Shown: positions 19,662-30,337, counted from the stretch's first letter. The stretch: DNA of 64,000 nt from Candidatus Latescibacterota bacterium (GCA_965218365.1 OZ244619.1:3715231-3779230), one strand, 5' to 3'. Numbers and translations: made by a program. The notes: generated by a model from the sequence alone, not told the origin.

Positions 19662-21290
19662 ATGAATCAAGCAAGACGCGACGCCCGCTGGCGCAAACGA
19701 CGCATCATATACAACAACGACGGTGACGATGCTCTCTATGCCCGCGATGGCCTCGAACACGAACACGACGTCGCCGAGGCGCTGACCGTGCGCACCGCGG
19801 GCGAGCTCATAGACGATTTCCTGAGAGCCCGCAGCACCCCGCTCATCGGATCGCAGGTCGATAGCAACTGGTACGCCAGCTGCATGGCCGGCTTGACATT
19901 CTCCCACAACACCAAGCTTGGCGGGTTCTACGGCAAGGAGCTGCCACTTGAGCTGATCGAGAAATACGGTAAGGACCCCCTCGAGGTGCAGCTGGATTTC
20001 AGCCGGGAGAACGCGATGGAAGCGGTGTGGGCGTTGCGCATGAACGACGCCCACGACGCCTATCCCATGGGCTCCCGCCGGTGGACCTACGGATTGGCCC
20101 CATTCAAAGCGGAGCATCCCGAATGTTTGATGGGAGAAGACGGCGACTGGGAGAAGTACATCGGTGTCAACCAGAAAAATACCTGGACCAAGCTCGACTT
20201 CTCCCTACCAATCGTGCGAGACCACATCTTCGGCATCATTCAGGAGGTGGCCCAGAACTACGACGTCGACGCCATCGGCATGGAGTTCTTCAAGTACAAC
20301 CCATTCTTCCGCGAGTCCCACGAAGGCGAAGCGGCCACCCCCGAGCACGTCGAGATCATGACCGATCTCTTACGGCGGATCCGTAAGATGGCGGACGAAG
20401 AAGGGCAAAAGCGCGGCCGGCCGATTCTGCTGGCGGCGCATACACCCCCGGACCTTGCCTGGTCCCGGTTCATCGGTCTCGATCTGGAAACCTGGCTCGC
20501 CGAACAGCTGATCGACCAGCTGATGCCAGGCGGTTTGAGCGAGTCGGTCTATTGTGACTCGCACAGCGAGATGATCGAGCTGGGGCACCGCCACGATATT
20601 CCGGTCTACCCCTGCATGAGTTGGGGCTTCTGGACACGATGGGCCTATCTCGACCTGTCCGCGGGCAAGCACCGAACCGCTGCCTCGTACCTCGAGAACC
20701 TATACGGTGGGCAAACCGACCGCCTGGGGAAACCGTCCTATATCCTGACCTACAACGGCTGGAAGGACACCCATGCCGCCTGGCGCGGCGCCGCGATGAA
20801 TCTCCTCAATGACGGCGCCGACGGTTTGTACATCTTCAATCCCGCTCTGGGCGAACCGGAATGGTGGCAAGACATCGGTGAAGTAGCGACCATGGAGGGC
20901 AAAGACAAGCTGTTCGGTATGGATCGTTTTCCGGGCGCGAGGGGAAATGTGGATCAGGTGGAGCTGAAGCAGGGCGAGAAGGTGACGTTGAGCTTCCTGG
21001 TCGGCGAAGACCCATCTGCAGTTGACGCCCGGCTCCAGTTTCGCGCCCACCTGTGGGATCTCACTACAGACGACGAGGTCGTCGTTGAACTCAATGGGAA
21101 GCTATTGTCCACCCTTGAGGTCAACGACGCTTTCACCTCACCGGAAGAGGGACAATGGTTCGAGGGCGATCTTAGGGCCGATCACGTGGTGCGCGGGCAG
21201 AATTCGGTGGTACTGGTATTGAACAAGCGAGCCGGGTCCGTACAGAGACCGCTGCTGCTGAACACCATTCAGCTCGCGGTTCGGTATTAA
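19662..21290 (+). CDS. Conserved hypothetical protein (possible TIM-barrel glycoside-hydrolase-like), paralog of 42661..44292
   Basis: Over 543 aa it is about 60% identical to the ORF at 42661 (RRIIYNNDGDD...TPLIG[ST]QVDSNW[YF]ASCMAGLTFSH[NH]TKLGGFYGK...). No family is confidently recognised. Confidence 0.45.
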   Translation: MNQARRDARWRKRRIIYNNDGDDALYARDGLEHEHDVAEALTVRTAGELIDDFLRARSTPLIGSQVDSNWYASCMAGLTFSHNTKLGGFYGKELPLELIEKYGKDPLEVQLDFSRENAMEAVWALRMNDAHDAYPMGSRRWTYGLAPFKAEHPECLMGEDGDWEKYIGVNQKNTWTKLDFSLPIVRDHIFGIIQEVAQNYDVDAIGMEFFKYNPFFRESHEGEAATPEHVEIMTDLLRRIRKMADEEGQKRGRPILLAAHTPPDLAWSRFIGLDLETWLAEQLIDQLMPGGLSESVYCDSHSEMIELGHRHDIPVYPCMSWGFWTRWAYLDLSAGKHRTAASYLENLYGGQTDRLGKPSYILTYNGWKDTHAAWRGAAMNLLNDGADGLYIFNPALGEPEWWQDIGEVATMEGKDKLFGMDRFPGARGNVDQVELKQGEKVTLSFLVGEDPSAVDARLQFRAHLWDLTTDDEVVVELNGKLLSTLEVNDAFTSPEEGQWFEGDLRADHVVRGQNSVVLVLNKRAGSVQRPLLLNTIQLAVRY

Positions 21291-21319
21291 GGTTGTGGCG
21301 ATCGGATGCCAAAAGCCAT

Positions 21320-22420
21320 CTAATCGAGCTCAAGCCTGACCCAGCGCGTGTGGGTCACCCCATCTGACTTACACCAGAAATAAGTGAGCAGATCGTCGTC
21401 CGGAAGTTGCAGCCCTCCCGGTTTGCCGAAGGCGATCTGTATGTGGTCGGCGTGAAAGCTATCGGCGGCCGGCGGCCCCATGGTCGCCTCCGCGCCGGCA
21501 TCGAACAAGACCACTTCGCGCTCGACGTCGAAACGACCAAGGTCTTCGCTGAGTGCGATATGCACTCCTTGTGGTTCGTGACGAAAATTGTAGACCGCCG
21601 CCACCCGCCCGTCCGCCAGGGCGATAGGGGCGCAGACCTGACCGCGCAGGTTGGTGGGTTTGGGAGTCGACCAAGTGTGCCCCTGATCAGAGGAAACAAT
21701 CCAGTGGTTGTTCAGGTCTTCGGAGGTCCCATCCACGTGGGTCCACAGCAAGATACAAACCCTGCCGTCGGGCAGGACGGCTCCCAGCTGGTCGTAATAC
21801 ATCAGCTTGTTGTCCGAATCGTCGGCCGTCGCTGTCAGCTCGCCCCAGGTCTGGCCCCCGTCGGCGGAAAACACGGCGGCCGATTTCTGATCGAGTGGAG
21901 CGGTTGAGCCCTCTGGTTTCCAGGTTTCAAGGGTGTAGATCCAACGGTTCGGACTCACTTGCAACACCGGGCCGGTCCCGTTCCAACTGTATCTCTCCGG
22001 CGGCAAGTCGACGGGCACGACCTGCGGTTCGGACCAGGTCTTTCCTCGGTCCTCCGACCAGATCAACAGCATCTCCGATCGCGACAGGGTCTCTGACTCC
22101 AGGTTGAAGAGTGCAGCCGTATTCTGCGGGTAACGGTCGGCGGAGATGAGAAGGCGGCCATCCGGTATTGCAACGATCTTCGGCGCGCGATAGGTGTATC
22201 GCTCATCTGGACCTTCGCCACCGTGAATGCTGCCGCGGTTATCCCAGGTTGCCCCCTCGTCTCGAGAAATAAGGAACTCGATGTGGTTGTCCGCCGAACC
22301 GAGGCTCTGTCCCACGTGCTGGGCGGCAACCCAGGTGCCGTCGGCCAGCGGGGCGATGGTCGGCATATAGGCTCCAATCCCGGGCCGGCGGGATATGGTT
22401 CCGCTGTCGACGATTTTCAA
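21320..22420 (-). CDS. BNR/Asp-box repeat exo-alpha-sialidase-like glycosidase
   Basis: Four Asp-boxes: SRDEGATW, SEDRGKTW, SADGGQTW and SSDQGHTW, with beta-propeller spacing. Confidence 0.75.
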   Translation of the reverse strand: MKIVDSGTISRRPGIGAYMPTIAPLADGTWVAAQHVGQSLGSADNHIEFLISRDEGATWDNRGSIHGGEGPDERYTYRAPKIVAIPDGRLLISADRYPQNTAALFNLESETLSRSEMLLIWSEDRGKTWSEPQVVPVDLPPERYSWNGTGPVLQVSPNRWIYTLETWKPEGSTAPLDQKSAAVFSADGGQTWGELTATADDSDNKLMYYDQLGAVLPDGRVCILLWTHVDGTSEDLNNHWIVSSDQGHTWSTPKPTNLRGQVCAPIALADGRVAAVYNFRHEPQGVHIALSEDLGRFDVEREVVLFDAGAEATMGPPAADSFHADHIQIAFGKPGGLQLPDDDLLTYFWCKSDGVTHTRWVRLELD

Positions 22421-22563
22421 TCGGCTATTGCTCCTTGGTTAGTTATCGGTGGCCGCAGGTTTTATGGTCACCGACAGTGTCTTACTGTCGGGGTGACGAG
22501 TCAAGAAATGCCCCAGCTCGTCGACGATGACCGTCATGCCGCCGCCGTGCTCATTGCTGCCGT

Positions 22564-22942
22564 ACCTCAGTGCCTGCCCGGCCTGTGGCGGTCGCCTGCG
22601 GATCATCGCCGCCCTGACCGATCCAGCCTCGATCCGACGCTACCTGGTGGGCGTGGGGCTGCCGCCGAAAGCCCCGCCGAGGGCTCCGCCACAGCCCCAG
22701 TTCGAGTTCTCCGTCTGACCTCCTCCGCGATGGGCGCCGGTGAGCCCTTACGGAGAACATGCGTCCTGAATGGTCTCAGCGAGGACCGGGTTGGACCCAA
22801 TACGGGCCCACAGGCCACCCAACCCTACTGCGAGCCCTGTCAAACGACCTGTAAACGATCCTCAGCGAGCTTGCCCTGCCCCTTGTGTGTGTTCGGCGCC
22901 TTGACAAGAGGGCCGAAAAGGTGCCTCATTTTTCCTATACTT
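22564..22942 (+). mobile_element. IS91/ISCR-family element remnant, copy 7 (last ~45 codons of tnp plus subfamily A' tail)
   Basis: LSACPACGGRLRIIAALTDPASIRRYLVGVGLPPKAPPRAPPQPQFEFSV followed by the conserved tail. Confidence 0.8.
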
Positions 22943-22997
22943 TAGGTCACTTGAGTCGGACGGACGGGAAGAGGGGAGACCGGCCGGTGACGGTCGA

Positions 22998-23026
22998 TTG
23001 ACGAAATAACTGCACATATGTATATT
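22998..23026 (+). promoter_or_regulatory. Candidate sigma70-type promoter (TTGACG-17 nt-TATATT) upstream of the HD dNTPase operon
   Basis: Near-consensus hexamers with a 17-nt spacer in an AT-rich island directly 3' of copy 7. It would give a ~200-nt leader. Confidence 0.25.
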
Positions 23027-23228
23027 ATTTCAATAAAGCCGTGTCAACGGAAAAAATGGCAGCTTGGCAGTTTTGACGGAATCCCCGGCGTTGGATTTCC
23101 TTACGATGCTTTTGAAGAAACACAGGGGATCTCTCCACACCCTGGGCAACGGAAAATCTTGTCGCGATGGATACTGTTGCCGAGGTATTCGACTGCGTTG
23201 CGCAGAACGGTAGTCGATATGAAAGCTG

Positions 23229-24578
23229 ATGAACGATAAAGAGACGCAACGCATCCGCGATCCGGTCCATGGTCTTATCGTGTTCGGCGGCGGGAACGAC
23301 GCACACCAGAACGAGACGGACCGAATCGCGTGGCGTCTGCTCAACACCCGAGAATTCCAGAGGCTGCGCCGGATTCGTCAGTTGGGCTTCTCCGACCTGG
23401 TATATCCCGGCGCGACGCACAGCCGCCTGGCGCACGCCATCGGTGTCTACCACACCGCGCGCCGGCTCATCGAGGTGATTCGCCGACGGCAGGACGAAAC
23501 GCACGAGGACAAGGAACGCGAACGAGTCGTACTTTTGGCGGCGCTTCTTCACGACATCGGGCACGGGCCGTTCAGCCACGTCTTCGAGCACGCGCCCTAT
23601 GCCGCGAAACGCCATGAAGATTGGGGCGCGGAGATCGTCCAGGGCGAAACCGAGGTCAACCAAGTGTTGAGGGAAGTGGACGAAGTGTTGCCTGAGCACA
23701 TTGGAGCGCTGCTGAAAGAGGACACCCCCAAGGATTTCTACGCCACAGTTGTCTCCAGTCAGTTCGACGCCGACCGGCTCGATTACGTGCAGCGGGATCG
23801 CCTGATGACCGGAGTCGAGTTCGCGCATCTCGATTTTGACTGGCTGCTCGATTGCCTCGAGGTCGGAACGATCACTATTGATGATAGGGATGCACTGGTC
23901 GAAGAGCCTTGCCTGTATCTGAACTTCAAGGGTGTGCAGGTGGCCGAGGAGTACCTCCAAGCGCGCTTCCGCCTCTACACAATGGTCTACATGCACAAGA
24001 CCACGCGGGCCGCCGAGAAGATGCTCGACGCTCTGCTGAAGACAGTTGCGGAGGATTTTAGAAACTGCGAATTGGCGAGCCGGGATCCAGTTCTACGCTA
24101 CTTTACGTCTGAATCGCCGTCTTTGGATTCATATCTCGATCTCGACGATGCCGCGGTTTGGGCGACCTTGGCGGCCCTTGCCGAATCACCATCACACCCA
24201 CTGGTTTCGGATCTGGCACGTCGTCTGCGAGAGCGCCGTCTTTACAAATGTTTTGACATCGGTATACAGGACAGCTCGGGCGGCAATTTGTACACCCGCT
24301 TCAGGCGCAAACTGCGTGAAAGTCATACTGAGAAGTACAGCACTCTTTTTTTCGACGACGCGAAAGTCGCGCTTTATAAATGGTACGACTTTGCCGATTC
24401 TTCAGCGCTCAATAAGGTTCTGGTAAAAGTACGCGCCGAGGATCAAGAACCAAGGGACATTGCAGATGTATCGAACATCGTCCCTGCGCTTCGTGAAGAG
24501 GAGCGGATTCAGAGAGTTTACGCGCCAGACCAGAACCAGATAGATGAAGTCAGGCAGACAATGGAGGAGATCAGATGA
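23229..24578 (+). CDS. SAMHD1-like / dGTPase-like HD-domain dNTP triphosphohydrolase
   Basis: IRDPVHGLI...FQRLRRIRQLGFSDLVYPGATHSRLAHAIGVYHTARRL...LLAALLHDIGHGPFSHVFE...DADRLDYVQRD is closely collinear with the SAMHD1/Dgt-family HD core. Confidence 0.7.
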   Translation: MNDKETQRIRDPVHGLIVFGGGNDAHQNETDRIAWRLLNTREFQRLRRIRQLGFSDLVYPGATHSRLAHAIGVYHTARRLIEVIRRRQDETHEDKERERVVLLAALLHDIGHGPFSHVFEHAPYAAKRHEDWGAEIVQGETEVNQVLREVDEVLPEHIGALLKEDTPKDFYATVVSSQFDADRLDYVQRDRLMTGVEFAHLDFDWLLDCLEVGTITIDDRDALVEEPCLYLNFKGVQVAEEYLQARFRLYTMVYMHKTTRAAEKMLDALLKTVAEDFRNCELASRDPVLRYFTSESPSLDSYLDLDDAAVWATLAALAESPSHPLVSDLARRLRERRLYKCFDIGIQDSSGGNLYTRFRRKLRESHTEKYSTLFFDDAKVALYKWYDFADSSALNKVLVKVRAEDQEPRDIADVSNIVPALREEERIQRVYAPDQNQIDEVRQTMEEIR

Positions 24579-25114
24579 AGGCCGAAGAAATCGTGGTCAA
24601 CCTAATCATATTGAGTGGCGGCGAACTGACCGGGCGGACGCGGCTGCAGAAGGAGGCATATCTTTTGGACCGTTGCGGAGCAAAGTTCGGGTTGTCGTTT
24701 ACTTATTACTATTACGGTCCTTACTCCTTCGAGCTTGCCGATGGATGGGAGGACGCGCGGGCAGAAGGTCGGATTGAAATCGCCGAAGAGCCGGGCCGGT
24801 ACGGTGTCCCGTATTCGATCTTCAAACTGAAGAAACCCGGCGGCGCCCCGGACCGCCTGGGTAACATGTCGGTTGACGCTGCTCGCGCACGGCTGAACGA
24901 GATGGTGGGTGTTTCGGACATTGTTCTCGAGCTCGCTGCCACCATCGTTTATCTGAAGGAAGAAGGTTACGGCGAGCAGACCATCGAAGAATTGAAAATC
25001 CGCAAGCCTCTCAAGGCGACGGACCAGCTGATCGAAAAAGCCAAGAATCTGCTGGGCGGCCTCGGATTGTCGCCTGTAGGTGCCGAAGATTCTGCAGGAC
25101 CGCTTACCCACTGA
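24575..25114 (+). CDS. Small protein with Panacea (DUF4065/SocA-like antitoxin) domain-like N-terminus
   Basis: ATGA overlap with the HD gene. LTGRTRLQKEAYLLDRCGAKFGLSFTYYYYGPYSFEL follows the Panacea pattern (s.TKLqKLLYla....g.plf...f.aw.yGPv). The call is tentative. Confidence 0.4.
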   Translation: MKAEEIVVNLIILSGGELTGRTRLQKEAYLLDRCGAKFGLSFTYYYYGPYSFELADGWEDARAEGRIEIAEEPGRYGVPYSIFKLKKPGGAPDRLGNMSVDAARARLNEMVGVSDIVLELAATIVYLKEEGYGEQTIEELKIRKPLKATDQLIEKAKNLLGGLGLSPVGAEDSAGPLTH

Positions 25115-25335
25115 GAAAGAACTTCATCCGGCCGGCGAACCTCTCGGCATGACTGGACTGGAGAACTTCAACAATCCGACACCTGGGATCCGGATCGGCT
25201 CGGACGGCTGGGTCGCCATCCGGGGTCTCTATGGAGCCGCGCTGGAGTTCCAACATGCCTTCGCTGCAGGTGAGAAGAGGCGGCAAGTCACTGCTACTCA
25301 CGCCTTGAGTATCTCACGCGCCTGAAGCCGAACGG

Positions 25336-26160
25336 ATGATCCTTCCGCCTCTCCTTCATCTGGCCGCGGCCGCTTTTGCCGCCGCGTTGGCGGGGTGCAG
25401 CCACACCGCCCCGTACTACCGGGCCGACGTCGCCGGCGGGGCCGCCGGCCCGGCCCTGCCCGCAGAGGACCTCGCTTTCCGCGTGATCCTGATCGGCGAC
25501 GCCGGCGCCCCGGGTCCCCGGGAACCGGTGCTGGCCACCCTGAAGGCGTGGGCGCGCAGAGACCCGGACCGCACCCTGGTCGCCTTCCTGGGGGACAACG
25601 TCTACGAGGACGGCTTCTCGGGGGCGGACCGGCGCGACGAGGAGCGGCGCCTGGAGCGCCAGCTGGAGACCCTCGAGGGATTGCCCGGGCCGCGGGGGCT
25701 GTTCATCCCGGGCAACCACGACTGGGCCGGGGGTTCGGAAGCGGGGCTGGCGGCGCTGAAGGCGCAGCAGGAGTACGTCGAGGCCCGCCTGTCGCCGGGG
25801 AGCTTCCTGCCCCGGGACGGCCGCCCCGGACCGGTGAAGATCGACCTGCCGGATTCCGCTGGCGCCGTGCTGCGGCTCGTCGCCGCGCTCGTGCGCTGCC
25901 TGACGACGGATCTGCCGGTGGTCGTGCTCGCCCACCACCCGCTGGAGTCCGCCGGCAACCACGGCGGGTTCTTCGACTGGCGCGACTGCCTGTTTCCGGC
26001 GACCCGGGCCACCGATGCCCCGTGGGCCTGGCTGATCCCGGCGCCCCTGGTCTATCCGCTGGGGCGGAGGTTCACGCCGCTGGGGACCGGGCAGGACATC
26101 TTCGCGCCGGCCTACCGGCAGATGAAGGAAGATCGGGGACGAACTCCGGTTTTCGTAGCC
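25336..26160 (+). pseudogene. Calcineurin-like metallophosphoesterase lipoprotein, C-terminus replaced by an IS91-family tnp fragment (chimeric ORF continues to 26982)
   Basis: Signal peptide plus lipobox LAGC; phosphoesterase motifs ILIGDAG, GDNVYEDG, GNHDW, VLAHHP. From about 26150 the same ORF reads ..QRIVQTIAHRIIRLYTKRGLLDD..AASVRGIIATGERAGQRLRRAL.. and on into the Y2 transposase C-terminus. The junction is approximate. Confidence 0.5.
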
Positions 26161-27205
26161 GCCCCGCCGTTGTCCGACCCGGAGGTGCAGCGGATCGTGC
26201 AGACGATTGCACACCGCATCATCCGCCTGTACACGAAACGCGGCTTGCTCGACGACCCTCCAGCCGACCGGCTCGCCGACGAGGAGCCCGTGCTGGCCGT
26301 CCTCACGGCCGCCTCGGTGCGGGGGATCATCGCCACCGGGGAACGCGCCGGCCAGCGCTTGCGACGCGCCTTGAAAGATCCGGCCACCGGGGTGCGTACC
26401 GCGCCCTTGTGCTTCGCTTCGCGCGGCTTTTCTCTGCATGCAGCGACGCGGATCGCGGGCTCGGACCGGCGGGGGCTCGAACGCTTATGCCGCTACGTGG
26501 CCCGACCGGCCCTGGCCGCCGGGCGCCTGCGCCTGCTCGATTCGCAACAGCTTTCCTTCGCGCTCAAAACGCCGTGGTCGGATGGGACCATCCATCTGCT
26601 CCTCTCTCCGATGGAATTACTGGAAAAACTGGCGGCTCTGGTCCCCCCTCCCCGGCTCCATCTCCTACGCTACCACGGGGTCTTGGCCCCTCGTGCCCGA
26701 GATCGTCACCGCATCGTGCCGGCGCAGCCGCTAGCCGAGTCGCCGGCGGCCAACCGCGCTTCGAGCGCTCCGCCTTGCGGCCATCGCCTGGGGTGGGCGG
26801 CCCTGCTCGCCCGCGTGTTTGCCCCCGACCTCAGCGCCTGCCCGGCCGGTGGCGGTCGCCAGCGGATCATCGCCGCCCTGACCGATCCAGCCTCGATCCG
26901 ACGCTACCTGGTGGGCGTGGGGCTGCCGCCGAAAGCCCCGCCGAGGGCTCCGCCACAGCCCCAGTTCGAGTTCTCCGTCTGACCTCCTCCGCGATGGGCG
27001 CCGGTGAGCCCTTACGGAGAAATGCGTCCTGAATGGTCTCAGCGAGGACCGGGTTGGACCCGATCCGGGCCCACAGGCCACCCAACCCTACTGCGAGCCC
27101 TGTCAAACGACCTGCAAACGATCCTCAGCGAGCTTGCCCTGCCCCTTGTGTGTGTTCGGCGCCTTGACAAGAGGGCCGAAAAGGTGCCTCATTTTTCCTA
27201 TACTT
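26150..27205 (+). mobile_element. IS91/ISCR-family element remnant, copy 8 (C-terminal ~275 codons of tnp plus 3' end), fused in frame to the upstream gene
   Basis: Contains ..[112 protein letters not shown].. and the conserved tail. Confidence 0.75.
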
Positions 27206-27242
27206 AGCTACTCAGCGTCATTGCGAAAGGGGAGTATCGAGC

Positions 27243-28316
27243 ATGAGAAGAATGGTCATCGTCATCCTGAGCGTGGGCCATCTCGTCGGAGCCCAGCCTC
27301 TTGTGTCCCAGAGTGTGGGCGACCGCGTACGCGTCACGACGGCTACTGGCGCCGTGACCGGTCGAGTCCTGGCCGTCACCGAATCCTCACTTGATTTGAG
27401 CCTCGGCGACGGGCGATCCGAGTCTTTTGGCCGTACCGCGATCATCCGGCTGGAGCGGAGCGGCCTGAGCCGCGCGACGCGGAGCCTACACGGGTTCCTC
27501 CATGGCACAGGTGTATTTAACTCGACCTGGCTGTTTTTTGTTGAATCGGACCGTCGAAAGCTGGAATCTGAAGCCGAGGCTGTTACAATATTGGCCGTAT
27601 CTGCCATCTTGGGTGGAGGATTGGGTGCAGCCATTGGGCTTCTCAGGGGCGAGGCGTGGGAAGACATCACGTTCGGCAGCACGGACGTCGCGGCATCCAA
27701 CGGACGGCAGACGCTGGTGGGTATCCGGGCCGGGTACGGGGTTTCCAGCCATTCTGCCGCTGTCCCCGCTGATGAATTCGGCATAGCGCGCATGATCGCG
27801 GGTGTCGATGTTGCCGTTCCGTTGAGGAGCGGGATCGAGTTGCGCATCGGAGGGGCTTTTGCGCCCAAGGGTTATGGGGACTGGGAAACGGTCGAGACTA
27901 ACTACGTGCAAGGGTCGGTTCTGGTGAGAGCAGGAACGCCACGCGATCGGGGACCATCGGCTGGCTTGCTTTTCGGTCCGTGGCTAGCCTTCGGCCTTTC
28001 CTGCAGCGTTTTTGAATGGGAAGCCCGCCAGGAACTACTTGGGGGCAAGTCCTACGTAAAGACCCAATCCCGGCCTTGCGGCGAGGAGTTTAGGAAGCTG
28101 GACTTAGGAATAGCCATGGGGGCCGCGGTAGAAGTACCGTTCCGAACATCTTGGATTCGGAGGCTGGATATCGATCTGGTCTACTCCTTCGGGTTTGGGA
28201 CGCACACCACGTATAACTTCTTTGACTTTCCTCCGGAGCGCTGGGTGTTTGAGACCGGCGGCAGGACGAGGCATCTGACGATCCAGACCGGCTTCGTGAT
28301 TCCGGTTGGAAACTGA
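27243..28316 (+). CDS. Hypothetical secreted protein
   Basis: 357 aa with a signal-peptide-like N-terminus and no recognisable domain. The G/A/S-rich and aromatic-rich C-terminal part suggests a beta-rich fold. Confidence 0.4.
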   Translation: MRRMVIVILSVGHLVGAQPLVSQSVGDRVRVTTATGAVTGRVLAVTESSLDLSLGDGRSESFGRTAIIRLERSGLSRATRSLHGFLHGTGVFNSTWLFFVESDRRKLESEAEAVTILAVSAILGGGLGAAIGLLRGEAWEDITFGSTDVAASNGRQTLVGIRAGYGVSSHSAAVPADEFGIARMIAGVDVAVPLRSGIELRIGGAFAPKGYGDWETVETNYVQGSVLVRAGTPRDRGPSAGLLFGPWLAFGLSCSVFEWEARQELLGGKSYVKTQSRPCGEEFRKLDLGIAMGAAVEVPFRTSWIRRLDIDLVYSFGFGTHTTYNFFDFPPERWVFETGGRTRHLTIQTGFVIPVGN

Positions 28317-28487
28317 CCGAGATGGGCCGGTCGGTCGGGGCCAGAGAAATCGGTCCCCCATCGGCGGGACCATGCTGAATTGGGGCCTACGCGACAAGAC
28401 GAACGAAATGAAGGAGGAATCGACGGTGAATCGTGATAGGACATCTCGGCTGGCGGTCGCCTTGCTCGCGGGACTGGTATGGGCTCC

Positions 28488-29314
28488 CGGCGGCCACCGG
28501 GGTGCGTACGGCGCCTTTGTGCTTCGCTTCGAAGGGCTTTTCTCTGCATGCGGCGACGCGGATCGCAGGCCCTGACCGGCGGGGGCTCGAACGCTTATGC
28601 CGCTACGTGGCCCGACCGGCCCTGGCCGCCGGGCGCCTGCGCCTCCTCGATTCGGCACACCTTTCCTTCGCGCTCAAAACGCCGTGGTCGGATGGGACCA
28701 GCCATCTCCTCCTCTCTCCGATGGAGTTACTGGAAAAACTGGCGGTTCTGGTCCCCCCTCCCCGGTTCCATCTCCTACGCTACCACGGGGTCCTGGCCCC
28801 ACGGGCCCGAGACCGCCACCGCATCGTGCCGGCGCAGCCGCTAGCCGAGTCGCCGGCGGCCAACCGCGCTTCGAGCGCTCCGCCCTGCGGCCATCGCCTG
28901 GGGTGGGCGGCCCTGCTCGCCCGCGTGTTTGCCCCCGACCTCAGTGCCTGCCCGGCCGGTGGCGGTCGCCTGCGGATCATCGCCGCCCTGACCGATCCAG
29001 CCTCGATCCGACGCTACCTGGTGGGCGTGGGGCTGCCGCCGAAAGCCCCGCCGAGGGCTCCGCCACAGCCCCAGTTCGAGTTCTCCGTCTGACCTCCTCC
29101 GCGATGGGCGCCGGTGAGCCTTCCGGAGAAATGCGTCCTGAATGGTCTCAGCGAGGACCGGGTTGGACCCGATCCGGGCCCACAGGCCACCCAACCCTAC
29201 TGCGAGCCCTGTCAAACGACCTGCAAACGATCCTCAGCGAGCTTGCCCTGCCCCTTGTGTGTGTTCGGCGCCTTGACAAGAGGGCCGAAAAGGTGCCTCA
29301 TTTTTCCTATACTT
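28488..29314 (+). mobile_element. IS91/ISCR-family element remnant, copy 9 (C-terminal ~190 codons of tnp plus 3' end)
   Basis: Nearly identical to copy 11. It starts at ..cggccaccggggtgcgtacggcgcc (ATGVRTAPLCFASKGF...). Confidence 0.8.
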
Positions 29315-29467
29315 GACCCACGGCCACCAGTATTCCCCATTCAACTGTCACGAGAACCTCCATGTCTGTGCATTACGCCTAACGTATTCACGGTTTGCGA
29401 ACCTGCGAAGCAGGTTGCCGAAGGCCAAGGCGGCGTAGCCCGCCGCAGCGAAAACCATGTCCCCGGA

Positions 29468-30292
29468 CTATTCTGTAAACCATCTACTCGACCGCTCACG
29501 GCTCTCATACCGCGAAGATGGAAGCGCAACCCTTACATCATTGCAATTGCTTTTTTCTATGAAGAAAGTCGGCACAACACTATCTCGGTTCTTCACATTC
29601 GCGACTTTTGGCGGAAATAGCGGCTCAGAAATCTCAACAAGTTGAAATCGGCTAGCGGATAGGGTATTGAGGTAAGTCGATAGCATTCGATGATGACTTC
29701 CCAGAGTCCCGCACATCCCCGTTCCGCCGGAGTACCACTTACCCTCTTGGCTATATCTTGAAACGCGTAGCGCTTGGAAATTGCCATCTTCGTCGAATTC
29801 TTCTGGCGGATCCTCGACATTGAAAGGACTGACAAAGCACGGGTGAAGAATGCGGAAAATGAACTTGCCGCCGTCGACAAGAACACGACGAATACTGGAA
29901 AACGTTGCAGACAGGTCAAGAATGTCCATGAGCGCCATGTTGCAGATAACGGCATCCATGCTGGCATCAGAAACTTGCTTCATTGACTGCGCGTCGTCCA
30001 AGACATACGTGATTCCAGCTTGGTTCGAATGTTCCTGTGCATTGCGAAGCAGAATTCGTGAGATATCGATGCCAGTAACCAACGCACCGCGACTTGCGAG
30101 GACGCGGGCCAGATAGCCTTCACCACATGCCAAGTCACATGCGCGAACTCCTTGGACATCACCGAGCATATTGAGCATGATCTCTGTTGACGGATTGATT
30201 CGCTCGTCCCTATCCGGAAGGTTCTTGTCCAGCCAGTTGATATAGAAATCTTCAACTTTGTCATATTCTGACTCTGGCAAATCGTTGGTCAA
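29468..30292 (-). CDS. Class I SAM-dependent methyltransferase
   Basis: ACDLACGEGYLARVLASRGALVTGIDIS (motif I) and ..DAVICNMALMDI.. (motif II). GC is about 48% in the low-GC island. Confidence 0.7.
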   Translation of the reverse strand: MTNDLPESEYDKVEDFYINWLDKNLPDRDERINPSTEIMLNMLGDVQGVRACDLACGEGYLARVLASRGALVTGIDISRILLRNAQEHSNQAGITYVLDDAQSMKQVSDASMDAVICNMALMDILDLSATFSSIRRVLVDGGKFIFRILHPCFVSPFNVEDPPEEFDEDGNFQALRVSRYSQEGKWYSGGTGMCGTLGSHHRMLSTYLNTLSASRFQLVEISEPLFPPKVANVKNRDSVVPTFFIEKSNCNDVRVALPSSRYESRERSSRWFTE

Positions 30293-30337
30293 GATCGACC
30301 TCCACTTTCTTGATCTACCATGAAATAGTTGACACTC

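Noticed and set aside
23025-23996. 323-aa minus-strand ORF antisense to the HD dNTPase gene
   Set aside because: It fully overlaps a well-supported + strand gene. It has an unusual composition and no recognisable motifs.
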